A stretch of 64,000 nt of DNA from Nageia nagi. Lineage: Eukaryota > Plantae > Pinophyta. Shown here in pieces: positions 15,201 through 28,160 of this stretch. The number at the start of each line of letters is the position of its first letter. Positions within the stretch are counted from its first letter, which is position 1. The translations under genes and the position numbers were made by a program. Under the pieces are notes generated by a model. It did not search any database and was not told the DNA's origin. It saw only the letters and a list, made by a program, of their open reading frames with translations. The DNA is taken from the NCBI GenBank assembly GCA_050084985.1, contig JBITNC010000001.1, positions 111,910,001 to 111,974,000 on the forward strand, read 5' to 3'.

Positions 15201-17131
15201 GAATACCCTCTTGTGATATTTAAGGGTGGCCCAAATACATTGTACTTTAAATCATTATGTATCAATTCTTATATGGAATGCAAAGTTTGATGAAACCTTA
15301 CATAGTAACCACATGTAACCCATTAATGCTTAATTAAATATGTATATGGCATAGTCTACTCTTTAATGTGTTCTTATTTAAGGTATTTAAATGTTATGAT
15401 AAGAACTTAAAAATATATTCCCATATGAAGGCAATAGGTAATACAAGAACATTATGAGTGCAAAGGTAAAGGATGCTAAAAGAAATGAGTTACTATGGTC
15501 TTTGTTAATTCAACCTTGCTTATAAAATATTAAGGTGGGAATCCTTTAATTTATGGGAAAATCCTTAGTACCCCTACGTAATGATAGTACATATAATGCA
15601 TGAAAATTATGATCCTTAACTTATAGTCATAGTCTTCTATCTTGTATGAATATAGACTTATAAATCCTATTACCCTAATATGCTCACAAGATATAATTCA
15701 CATTAAATAAAGAGAATTGGTTCCTAATTCAAGGAGAACTATTTAATGATACTATATAGAAGTATAGACTAAAGTTATATTGAACCCTAAGGATTGAGAA
15801 CTATAGATCCTTGTAATTGGATCATAGAAGGGAGTTTAGTACATTCACATTAAAGAACATAATAAGAAGCTCAATTGATAGGGTGAGTGCAAGTATATCT
15901 CAATTATTAAAATAAAGCCAACCCTAATATCCTTAAAGAAATATAAAGATACAAACCATATTACTGGAATCAATTCAACTATGAAAAGGAGGTTATCTTA
16001 CACTCTCTATTCAAAAATAAGTTAATAACAATAACCCTAGGGGTTCTTAAATATTAAAGAAGGGATCAAATGGGTTAGCCTAATAGTGGTAAAATAAGAG
16101 GTACTTAACACTCTTAATAAGTGTCACTAAATATTAAGTAGAAAAAGGGAATATTTATAATATGATAGGGTTCAATAATATTTCTAAGAATAGTCATTTA
16201 TGTTTTAAGACATGGATTCAATGGTAAACCTAATATAGTCCTAAATAATTAATTGATCTATCAATGAAAGTTGTAGTTAAACTTGGGAACAACCTAAGGT
16301 AAAAGATAAACCCTAGATTGATAGAATTGACCTAAAAGGGAAATTATGGATTGTTTCAATGATGAAGAAAAATAATATGTAATAATTGTTAGTCAAACTT
16401 ATACTTGGTAAGTGATAACTCAAAAAAATATATACTTTAAGTGAGGACCACTTAACTTTGCACTTCCTTTTTAGAAGTAGTTGACTTCAATGTCATCTCA
16501 AGGCACATTAACTAGACTTTAGTATGTGAACTCTTATAAAGTACTATTAAGTACGTAGTACCATGTATATAGGATAATTGTATTACTTCCAAGTATCTTG
16601 TGGGACTTCCTAAATAATATTGATTTGAATCTTGCTACATACATAATTATTTATTGATGAAGGATGGTTTGTATCATGTACTTAGAAACCCTAATAAATG
16701 ATTTGGGATCAATTAATGTAGGATCAATAGCTCATGGGTGATTTTATAATATTACCTAAAATTTATTAGAGTATACAAACCACTCAAGGGTATTTCTTCA
16801 ATACCCATGGCTCCCTAGGATATGGGTAATGGGATGTTGTACCCTATGGTGAGCCTAGTCAATAAATATGGGTAGGATAGTGTATCATATCCTTGATATG
16901 GTTTCAGATGAGGATAGCAGTCGATAAAACTATGGTTACTAGGTGAGGGTAATTTAGTAGTCATACTACTTTTAGTTTAGTATATAGGAGTATGAAAATT
17001 TTTCCATAGGTGATGACATTTACCCGCTCATAAGAAATTTCTCTTAGGACAAACTATCTACTCCTATGAATTAGAGGGTTATCATCAAATGAGGATGTGT
17101 AACCTAGTGGATGTGCAATCTCTTAAGTGAT
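12291..17131 (+). repeat. Gypsy 3' LTR (last ~340 bp missing)
   Basis: Starts TG after the PPT; homology to the 5' LTR stops at 'ctctta.gtgat' (17131 vs ~7133) and runs straight into copia gag. Confidence 0.9.
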
Positions 17132-20100
17132 GATCCCATGATATTGATTTCTAAAATTTGAGAAACAATGCATGATATTGAATATACTAATGTGAAGATT
17201 GATATTACTCTCATAGCTTTGATTAAGACATTGTACCCAACATATTCAAATTATATTGAATCCTTGCAAGCTAGTGGTAACTTGGAATCTCTCACTTTTT
17301 ATACTTTGGCAGATAAGATTGTGAAATGTGAGAAGGTATTTGGTAAAAAATCTAGCAATCCTACATTAGATACATTATGTATTGCTCAAGAGAGAAAGAA
17401 TGTTACATATGATTCTTCTCAAGGTGAAAGTAGAAACAATGGAGGAATAATAGAGGTAAGGGGAGATTTAATTAATGTAATCATGGTGAGATGAACAATC
17501 TCCATTGTAAAAGATGCAATAGATGAGGCCATGAAGCTAATACCTATCACACTCCATGGGAAAAGATGAAAGAAAGGAATAAAAACCAAAATCATGAGAA
17601 GAATAAGAATCCCAATTCATTTGCAATACCTATCATAATAGAAAATTTATGCAATACTTCATTTGCATCTTGGGAGGATGCATGGTTGCTTGATACTGGT
17701 GCAACATATCACATGTCATTTTGATTGTATTTCTTTGAGGATATAAATACCAACATTAATGGTGCAGTATACTTTTATTATATATATTGTATCAATCCTT
17801 TAAGTATTGGTACTATGAGAGTCAAATAGAACTTCTAGATATGATTATTCATGATATGCTCTACCTTCTTGAATTACAAAAGAACTTGTTAGCTCTTATG
17901 CTCATTCATCAATAAGGACACTTAATCAATATGTTCAATGGAAAAGTGGAGATAAGGAGGTCTTCCAAAAACAAAGTGGTGATGATTGGTGGGGAGGATG
18001 AGAAGTTGAAGATCCAAGGGAGTTCTTCCAAATCAAAGAATTTTGCCTACCTCATAAATAAAGAAAAAGGTGTTCTCTAATCTAGTCTTTTGTGGCATAT
18101 AAGATTTAGCCATTTCAATTTTGATGATCTTCATTTATTGAAAAAAGAGGTTTATTGTGATTACATACTATTACTAGGAACATAGATCCTTGTGAATCAT
18201 GTGTCCTAGGAAAGCACAACAAACAACCTTTTTTAATTCAAAATTTAAGGCATGTATAAAACTTGAACTCATTTACTCTAATTAGTGTTGACTATTTCAT
18301 TTTCCTTCTATTGCTAGAAATAAATATATCATGACTCTCATACATGATTACAATAGGATGTCTTGGGTGTATTTGTTAAAGAACAAGTCTGAATATTTTG
18401 GAAAGTTTAAGCAATTTCATGTAATGATTGAGAAAGAAAATCACACTCATATTACCATACTTTATTCTAATAATGGGGTGAATATAAATCAGTTGAATTC
18501 AAAAAATATCTTAGTTAGCATAGAATCAAGCATGAAATAATTATTCCATATAATTCATAACATAATGGTCTAGCTCAAAGGATGAATAGAACCTTGTTAA
18601 ATTTTACTTAGGCAATGTTATTTTTTAAGAACATGAAAATGATGTTTTGGTGTGATGCAATTCTTTATGTAGTGTATGTCATAAATAGATGCCCATCTCA
18701 TGCTCTTGAAAATAACACTATGTATGAAATATGGTTTGGCCTTGTTCCTTCAGTTCAACATCTTAGGATTTTTGGTTCCACCTATTATGCCCTAGTACCT
18801 AAGGAACAAAGAAATAAACTTAGTTACAAAAGTTGGAAATGTATTTTCTTGGGGTACTCAGATACTACTAAGGGTATAAGATTTATGATGAAGTAAAAAA
18901 AATTTCCTCTTTGCAAGGGATATCATTTTTTTAGGATACTCCAAGAATGATTTAACTATTGAGTGTCAACATGAACATATTGATAGGTTTACCCCTAGAA
19001 AGCATTTTTTGAAGCTAATTATGATAATGCAAGTCTTGAGGGGAGATCTCTATATTGGATCAATCATTGGAATCTACATTACTTGTGCCTATTTCAAAAG
19101 TGCCTGATCTAGCAGTAGCACCTAAGGGGTATCAATTCATCATTTACTTTATCATATCCTAGGTTGGTTTACTAAGGCTATATGCAGTTGATACTTTGTT
19201 CTAAATATTATGGATCTAATGAAAATAGTAACTTATACAAAAACAAAACTAAACTCTTTAAAAGAAATCATACGTACTCACACTTAGATTTTAAAAAAAT
19301 GCTATAATACAAAATATAAAATGCTAAATCATAATAATAAATATGAGAGACTACAGTTGGTTAGAGTGGGCCTTACTCCTTCTAATAGGGCTTGTGAAAA
19401 AAACTTAAAAAATGTGGAATGAAAGATGTCTATATTAAATTCTTTAAAAATTGTAAAATATACTATCTTCAAATAAAACTACTAAGTTTTCAACTCATAA
19501 TGGTTCTTAGGTAACGTACTTTTGAAGGAAGAAGGTAAATTTATTTTAAAAACTCAACAAACTCTTTTAATGCTCATCGATTACATTTTTGTGACTCTCA
19601 AATCTATTTGAAATAGAATCCTAATTTAGCCTATGACTCACTTACATATATACAAAGAAAACATCAAGTAAATATCTAGCTTGGTAATAGATCTATATAC
19701 TTAGTCAACCTCAAATATTTCTTTATACATCCTCTATTGTCTCCTTCTTCAAGTTCAATGATTATCCTTTCAAATCATCATCTTGAAATCTATTACAATC
19801 TTCTACTAGAGGTGTACAATATTAATAAAAAAATAACACTTGGGAAATAGAACACTTTTTGCCAATGTGTTGTATTTTTGAAGCTTCCTAGTAAAAATAT
19901 TCTGAAGCTATCCCTTTGAAACATATTTTGAAATTGGTACTCTTAGCTAATTCTAGAGCTCAAACATTCTAAAGCTATCTTTCAATTTTATCCATTCAAA
20001 ACTAATTCTAAAATTGTTTCTTAGTTAATCACATTATTATTACTTGATGAAAAATATGAACATTCAACATTCACATATAATAATAATCATTAACAACATC

Positions 20101-21753
20101 TAAGAAATGAAGATAAAAATAAATATGTATCTACTTCTAAATATAACAATCATATAAGATAAAATATAATAATAGTGTCTCATAGTGTTCTAAGAAATAA
20201 AATACATTCATAGAGTTATAACAAAAAGGATTTCATTTCTTGGCTCATTAGTACCTATTCTGGTAGTATAAGCACCTCCTCCATCACAATAAGATCCTTC
20301 CTCTTTGTTAGTTCTAATAGTGCCTTTGGATGATATGATTGATGGGATTGGTAGGTTGAATCTTGAAAGGAATGAAGAATTTCCTCAACTAATTGAGCAA
20401 CCAAAAACATTGTACAAAATTCTTAAGTGACTCTCCAAAATACTTGAGATTATTCATCCTGATGAAATTGGAAATGTAGGAACTAGGCATTGTTACAAAG
20501 AAAGATTTAAAGATGGAGTAGTAGAGGATTTAGATTAGGGTGATGATGATGAGGATATGGAATATTCATTTGATTTTGAATTGAATTTATCTATTTATTG
20601 TGAAATAACTTCCTTTAAATAAGCTTTTTCTCATAATATTTGGAAAGATGCTAAGAAGGAGTATGATGCTTTCATCAAGAATGGGATGTGGAAGTTGGTG
20701 GATCCTCCATATGGAACAAAACCTATTGGATGCATTTGGATCTATAAAAATAAGTATAGATTAGATGGCTCACTTGAGAAATACAAAGTGAGGCTTGAAA
20801 TAAGTATATAGATGATCTTTTGATAACAAGGAATAATGAAAGTTATATTGCATCTGTAAATAAGATTTGAAGAGAGGTTTTGAAATGAAATATATAGGAC
20901 ATATTCATTACTATTTGGGTGTTGAAGTGACATAAAACCCAAGATACATTTTCATTTCTCAAATAAAGTACATTGGAGAGTTATTGAACAGATTTGGCAT
21001 GATAGATTGTAATCCTCTTTCCACTCTAATGGAAACAAATTTGAAGTTGAAATCTATTAAAGGGAATGCATTTGAGGATGCAACAAAATATAGATAACTT
21101 GTTGGAAGTCTCATATATCTAACCACAACTATACAATCCATTTCATTTATAGTTGGTATTCTCTCTCAATTTATGCAAAAAATGTATGAAGGGAATTGAA
21201 ATGCAACAAAATGAGTTATCAAATATTTGAAAGGAATATAAGAATTAGGGCTAAATTATTCCAAGGTGGAAGGCTTCAAATTGATTGGATTTATATATTT
21301 AGACTTTGAGTGTCATCAATAAAATGGAGTTTTAACTTTAGGATATGTCATGAGTATTGAATCAACAACTATCTCTTGAAGATCATGAAAATAATCTATT
21401 CTAACAAATTCCACTACAAAGCAAAGTATGTGACTACTTAAGAGGAAATAAAGGAGATTATGTGGATTAGGAAGATATTGGAAGATTTGCAGCTAAAATA
21501 GGTACATCCAACTCTACTTCTAATCGATAATATTTTATAATTCAATAAGGCAAGAATCCAATGTTTTATGATAAAGGAAAGTACATCAAAATGGAGTATT
21601 ACTTGATTCAAAATCATATAGAGGTGAAGATAATTTAGTAGAAATATTATTCAATAAATGAACAAACAACAAACATATTCACCAAGGCACTTGAAAGAGA
21701 AAATTTTGAGAAGTTTACGAAGATGCTTGGACTTACCAGTACCCCTTTCGATT
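17132..21753 (+). pseudogene. Copia gag-pol remnant (N-terminus missing, RT core deleted, ~1.1-kb foreign insert)
   Basis: gag 'ALIKTLYPTYSNYIESLQASG' (17168-17494); Zn knuckle 'CKRCNR*GHEANT' (~17506); protease 'WLLDTGATYHMS' (~17682); GAG-pre-IN 'LWHIRFSH' (~18090); integrase 'SWVYLLKNKSE', 'FWCDAILYVVYVINRCPS'; RT 'WKLVDPPYGTKPIGCIWIYKNK' followed abruptly by 'YIDDLLIT'; RNaseH region to ~21750. Confidence 0.9.
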
Positions 21754-21763
21754 AAGAGGGGAA

Positions 21764-21997
21764 TGTTAGATACCTAATCCTTAGGGATTATGGTAAATAT
21801 AATATAGTAGTAGTTAATTACTATATTTAGTAAATTCATAACTAAGTGTATGGTATAATTCTAAGTTTCATTTCTAAGAGAATAGGAAGAGTTATATTGT
21901 ATCTCAAGGGCCACCCAAGAAAGTGAATGTGAAGAGTCAATCTTGTTGGGTAGTAGGGCATTATTCTAACCTAATACAATGATTTTTGATTCTAAAA
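21764..21997 (+). repeat. Copia 3' LTR
   Basis: Begins TGTTAGA after the PPT; possible end TCTAAAA (=TCTAACA with 1 mismatch) at 21991-21997. Confidence 0.75.
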
Positions 21998-23651
21998 GCT
22001 TAATGTTTTTCCTTTTTTTGAAGGATAAATTCCCCCTTTCTACATATCCTTATGATGATCATGGATAGTGTGCCTCCATCAATGAGCCCATCTCCTTCAT
22101 GCATTCTTGATATTTCATTCCATTTGGAGCATGTCCTTCATCCTATCCTCTTGGAAACAACTTATTCATCCACACATATTACCTTATTTGAATGCAAGAG
22201 TTACAATTTTAAAATACCCATAATTAATTCCTCAAAACATGGGAATGTATTCCCTCATAGCTCCACTCCTCAACAAGCATCAATGAAACAATTGCTCCTT
22301 TGTATTCAAACCAATAAGAAACACCCATTCTCTCCAAAAGTCATAGCAAAATATATACTCATCAAATCATTAGAGGAATAATATAAATACAATATAGGTG
22401 TTTCTAAAATAATAAATATTCTCATCGATGTGATAAATTGTTATTTCAATCATTATTTAATTATCCTCCTTTAAATAATCAATATAAGTATTTAATAATA
22501 ACACGAGTTAATCCAATATAAATTATTATTAATAATTGATGATCATATTTAAAATATTATAACATTAATATAATTGCTATCATAAAAAGTAATGATTTAA
22601 ATATTAACCCATAGCATTAGCTATTATCTTATTTAAATGACTCACAGAATCCTACGAGAACTTACAATTACTCCTTTTTGTATTAAAACTCATAAACCTT
22701 ATAAGTTTTAACAATATTTGTAAAATTGGATCATGAAAATATATCATCATCAATTTCTAATCAACCACCATTACAACCATCTATTCTATAATTTATTTTC
22801 CTAATGGTTGATCAACTTTATCATCTATCTACTGATCGATCCACTCTATCATTAATATTTTGAGAATTTTTATATCAATTTTTTTCATTTTTCATCATAT
22901 TTGAGTTTGTATATAGATGATACATGTCATTTATTAAGGTAATTTTTATATTTTATTTATCCTTGTCATAGGATTTATCATTTTATCATTAATTTTTGAA
23001 AATCTCTAGGTGCTATTATGATCATCTAGATGAATCTTGATTATCTAACTGATTCCTCTCTATGAGAATCTAGGTCATTTCTCTAATATAAAAGTTGAGG
23101 CAATGCTGATCTTCATAATTAAAAAATATAAGAGAGTGTTACCCACCATTGAAGAGGCAATGGAATGTTCCTTGAATCTAATAGTAGATACAACAAAAAA
23201 AAATGTAGAGTTTTTACTTCCCCTAAGGAGAAGAACATGCATATCCAATCCTCTCTCAATATATAGTGATTTGACTGAACACAAAGTTAGGAGGAGTACA
23301 CTTGTAGCTACCTAATAGATATATGTATGCTATGTATCATGGAAACTGAAGCTATTAAGGAGGAACTATATCACCATCTCCAATCTAGAGAAAATGCTAT
23401 TAATAAAAGCATAGCTTGGGGGAGAGAAGGGTAATAATAGGTGGGGTGTTATTGTTAAGAAATGGTAAATACCATGTGAGTGCATACTAGAGGTAGAAAA
23501 GGGGTCTAGGAAATAAATAGTATTTTAATATTATCTCAAACTATCGGTATATTAATAAGTATTTTATAAGGAAAAGGGTCTAGGGATGATAAAATTTGTA
23601 CAAAATATTCTATTAATATTCTATAAGTAAGCTATTTTCTTTACTATTTTT

Positions 23652-24426
23652 TGTAAGTGTATAACTTTGAACACTAAACAACCAATATAATAAGATCAAA
23701 GTATGCTTTCACTAGATGCTTATAGAACACTCAGATCCTCACTTATAGATTCAAATAAAAAAAATATTCACCATTACAAGATCTATGAAATTGCATATAA
23801 ATTTAAAAAATGTAAAATTACAAACTAGCAATCTCAAAACACACAATAAGACCAACATAATAATTTACCCTAGCTCATTCAATGTGGGCTAATCTAGCAT
23901 GAAATTGGAGTCTTCTCTTCTCATTACCTATGGATATTACAATATTACATGCACAAAGAAATGAAAAAAAAATAATGGTAATACAATCTTCTACAATTAA
24001 TGCAATCTCCTACAATAAGAAGAACAACATCAAAACTAAAAAAAGTTTGGGATGACTCTTAGTCTTCCCTCAAATTCTTACAATCTCAAAGTATTAAAAC
24101 TCTTAAAAACTCCCCTTATCCATTCTTCTCTATGGAATCAAAAAATAGCACACCATTAAACAAGCCTAGAATCATCTCCAAGATGTTGGTTGAATACTCT
24201 AAACCCCTCAATTATCTAAAATCTAGATGTCCCTTCAATTTTCCATCCTGAATAATCAATATGCATATCATTACCTACTTGAATGTAGTGCAACACATCG
24301 TTGGCAATGTGGTTATGTACACTAATCAATTCTAGATTTTAGTCTACGATTGTCTCTAAGAAAAGATACCACTTGAATGAGTGCTACTCCTATAAATAAT
24401 AATGTAACATGATCCAATTTGGATCA
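23652..24426 (-). repeat. 3' LTR of minus-strand gypsy
   Basis: Starts TGATCC on the minus strand next to the PPT; homologous to 29165-29713. Confidence 0.75.
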
Positions 24427-25578
24427 AACCTCCCTCATAAGAAGGCATTTGTTCCCACAAATGCATATATGTGTATACAAATCCCTAACTCTAGACTTGT
24501 CGATCCATTTGGCCTTATTAGGCTTTTTTTGTTCAATCCAACCAACCATAACTTTGTCTCAGCTCTTCTTGTAGTATGAACCTTATTTTGTAATATGGAA
24601 TCCTCCTTGAATTCATCCATAGTATTAAAAGCTAAGTCATGATGATATGGTAAAATTTGATTTGAACATGTTTCATCTTTAGTCAACATAGATGGCTTAG
24701 ATATTTTCAAATACTAAACATTCACAACTAAATAAAGTTCATATATGCCAGTAGATTCAATCTAAAAGCATTCTCACTTGCTCCATAATAGCAAATGCTT
24801 CATACCTTATAGGTTTCAACTTCTTGGTTGGTCCTTCCAAACTCTCTTTACTAAGATTCAAATAAACATGATCTCCCATAGGAAATTTATGGTCAACTCT
24901 ATATTTTTCTTATCTCATCTTTTACTTGGCTTAACTTATTTTAAGTTGCTCTTGAAATTTCAAATAAAATTTCCTAATCCTTTAAATAAAATTTTCAACT
25001 TGCTTTTCCTCTTTCTCTAGTGAATCTTCTTCATTCTTTTGAATTCCAAACACACAATCAAAAGGTGAAGGTGGTAAATAACTAAAATAAGTCTCAAAAG
25101 AACTCTTATTAATGGAAGAACAAATTTCCCTATTATAGGAATGTTGAATATATTCAAGATGTTTATCCCAAGACTTAAGATGCTTTCCACAATAACCACT
25201 AAAAAGTTGAACCACTATCCTCTTCAACCTTGTATCCATCTTTTCGCATAAAAATATCTAAAATATGCCTAAATATCTATTATCTCTATCTAAAATATTA
25301 GAAGTAGGTAATATAAAATGAATCCAAACATAAGAAAAAAAGAAATTGGTAGCATCTTATCCTATTGTAGTCTTCTTACATGGAATCAAAACACACATCT
25401 TGCTAAATATATCCATAAAAATAAATAAATAATCATGATCCTTTTTAGTCATAAGAAATCCTCCCAAAACATCCATTTAGATACACTTCCATGGACATGA
25501 AGGTACTAGAAGTGGCTTATACAAACCCAATTTTCTATTACTTGGCTTGTTGATGAAACATAAGGAACACACCCTTAT

Positions 25579-26101
25579 GGGTGGATGTGAGAAGATGAGT
25601 CCACATAAAGAGGAAGTTTTATGACTTAAAAAAATTGTAAAATAAATTTTTATTTCTTAAGAGTTTTGAGAAACAAATTATATGGGGAAAACCTTTAGAT
25701 AATTCTTTACAAAGTTAAAAAAATTTAAAAATAAAAATTTTAAGTCAAATTATGTATGTTGCACATGAACATTTTTTGAAACTATAATTATGACCCATAA
25801 AAATTAATAAAAAATAATATTCTTGAAAAAATTATGAAAAAATATCCGAGATAAGGTTCACTATGGTAGGTATCTTTTCACAAAATTATTTAAAAAAATA
25901 CATTAGTTTTGATTAAAATATGTGTGATGGACACATGCATGGTATAATCCTAGAAGGTCCTACATTTTTACCCTAATGATCTTCTTCAAAATTCTATATC
26001 TGAGTGCTTCAAATTTTGAGATCAATGTGATCAAACCTAGAAATAAGGAAAATAATTCCACTTTTTGGCCATAAAGTGGATTCAATTTCTTGCACTAACC
26101 C
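25579..26101. mobile_element. Non-autonomous DNA transposon (MITE), family copy 1, internally deleted (523 bp)
   Basis: Termini GGGTGGATGTGAGAAGATGAGTCCAC ... GTGGATTCAATTTCTTGCACTAACCC; TTAT/TTAT duplication (25575-25578, 26102-26105); splits the integrase zinc-finger region; interior homologous to 55539-56554. Confidence 0.85.
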
Positions 26102-27891
26102 TTATGTACTTAGTAGCTTTATCATACATCTTTGGCCAATATACTTACCTTTGCAAATTGTATAATATCTTTCCAACCCTAAAATATCTTGCAATATTTG
26201 AAGTATGCACTTGTCTAATAAATGCAATCCTTTTACCTACAGGTACATAATCCATAAAAATGGTAAATAAATCCATTTTGCAAATAAAATCATCTAAACT
26301 CTCATACTTGGACCTAGATGAAGATTACTACTCATACATATCTATGAAGTCACGATCTCGCACATATGCCTCTTGAAATGACTCAAATAGAAAAGGAAAA
26401 ACATTTAGCACTAAGAGGGAACTCACTAGCCCTTGTTCGTACATTTCTAATGGTCTAAAATCATTATTCCATATAATTGATGGTGTGAAATCTATAATTA
26501 TAGGTGCTTTAGAAAGCATATCATCAACCTTATTCTATGTTCCTTTCTTATACTTGATCACTAGATGAAATTATTACAAAAAGTCCATCCACCTATAGCA
26601 TTAAATTTGTTGAAATTTTGATTGAGATTGTAAATACTTTAATGGTTGTTGATTAGTATGAATGATAATTTTTTTTCTCATTAAGTGATGTTTCCACATT
26701 TTAACAACTTGAACTAATGCATATATTTCCTTATCATAAGTAGGATAATTTAAAATAGCCCTAGTAAATTTTTTAGAATGATCACAAATAGGTTTACCTT
26801 ATTGTAACAAAATGACTCCCATGGCATAGTCACTTACATCAGTCTCCACTTCAAATAGCTTCTACAAATTAGGAAGTGCTAACATAGGTGCACTAATAAT
26901 CTTTTGATTCAAGGTATCAAAATATTTTTGTTGTTGTTTCCCCCATTGGAAAACTTACCTCTTACCATTTACATCATTTAAAGGGTAAGCAATATGAGAA
27001 AAATCAATAATAAAATTTTTCAAATATTGGAAAATACCTAAGAAACTTTTCACTTCACTTACTTTGGATAGCCTTGGTCAATCTACTATAGCACTTACTT
27101 TACTAGGATCTATCTTAAGTTATCCATGAATAATAACATGGCCCAAATACATCAAAGACTCTTTTCTGAACTCACATTTTGAATATTTCAACAAAAACAT
27201 TTTCTTATGCAAAGATTGAAACACTTTTCTAATATGTACAACATGTTGTTACCAAGTAGAACTATAAACAAGAAAATCATTCAAGTATATAACAACAAAA
27301 GAATCAATAAATGGATGAAGCACATCATTCATTACCCTCATAAATATAATCAATGCATTACACAAACCAAATGGTAAAATAAGCCACTCAAATAAGCCTT
27401 ATATTGAAAGTAGTCTTCCAAATATCCTCCTCCTTGATTCGAACATGGTGATATCCAATCCTCAAGTCTCATTTTGTGAAGAATCTTACCCCTTGCAACT
27501 GATCAAAAAGATCATCTATCTAAGGTAAAGAACAAAATTTGTTTATAGTGATTTTGTTAAGCTCTCTATAGTCAAAACATGTTCTCCAACTTTGATCCTT
27601 CTTAAGAACTAAAGAAATAGGTGATCCACATGAAGATGTACATAGTCTGATTACATCTTGATCAACTAACTCTTGAATCTACCTCTTTACCTCCTCTTCC
27701 TCTAAAAGTGATTATCAATACAAAGCTATATTAGACAATGAAGCATTAAGTAACAACTAAATATCTAGATATTTATCCTGCATAGGAAGGAATCCCTATG
27801 GCTCTGCAATCAAGTTAGTTAACTCCCAAATAAAATTCTAAAACTATTTCTCTATGTTGCATACTGTTAGTGCTTATAATTAGGATTGCAT

Positions 27892-28160
27892 TGTTATGAA
27901 CTGTTACACCAAAAGGTCAACCTATTAGTGAATTCGCACACCTAGGATCTTAACATTCCACCATGCTCTGCATCTGACATCCTCGGTGGCTCTCACTTGT
28001 GATGGCTCTCACTCTAGTCTTCTCTAGGTAGCCCTTTCCATAGTAGCCCTTTCTAGGGATTTGAACTTGGGACGTATGGCCTGCTCTGATACCAAATGTT
28101 ATGAACTGTTACACCAAAAGGTCGACCTATTAGTGAATTCACACACCCAGGATCTTAACA
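27892..28160 (-). mobile_element. TRIM (terminal-repeat retrotransposon in miniature), 269 bp, intact
   Basis: 64-bp LTRs 27892-27955 and 28097-28160 (TGTTA...TAACA, 3 mismatches); perfect TSD TGCAT (27887-27891/28161-28165); PBS TGGTATCAGAGC (plus 28083-28094); purine-rich 'AGAGCATGGTGGAA' before the 3' LTR. Confidence 0.97.

Larger units (their letters stand above)
2681..17131 (+). mobile_element. Ty3/gypsy chromovirus (Tekay/Del-like) with ~5-kb LTRs, both outer ends truncated
   Basis: Long direct repeats 2681-7470 and 12291-17131; PBS; gag-PR-RT-RH-IN-chromodomain; PPT. Confidence 0.92.
1869..21997 (+). mobile_element. Ty1/copia LTR retrotransposon, degenerate, interrupted by a nested gypsy element
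   Basis: Matching repeats starting TGTTAGA at 1869 and 21764; PPT AAGAGGGGAA at 21754-21763; PBS-like TAGTATCAGATC at 2115-2126; copia domain order gag-PR-IN-RT-RH at 17132-21753. No TSD found. Confidence 0.75.

Noticed and set aside
22019-23330. Possible solo LTR starting TGAAGG
   Set aside because: No partner repeat, clear CA end or TSD could be identified in the window.
27892-28160. Cassandra (5S rRNA-bearing TRIM) identity
   Set aside because: The 64-bp LTRs show no recognisable 5S rRNA A/IE/C-box sequence.
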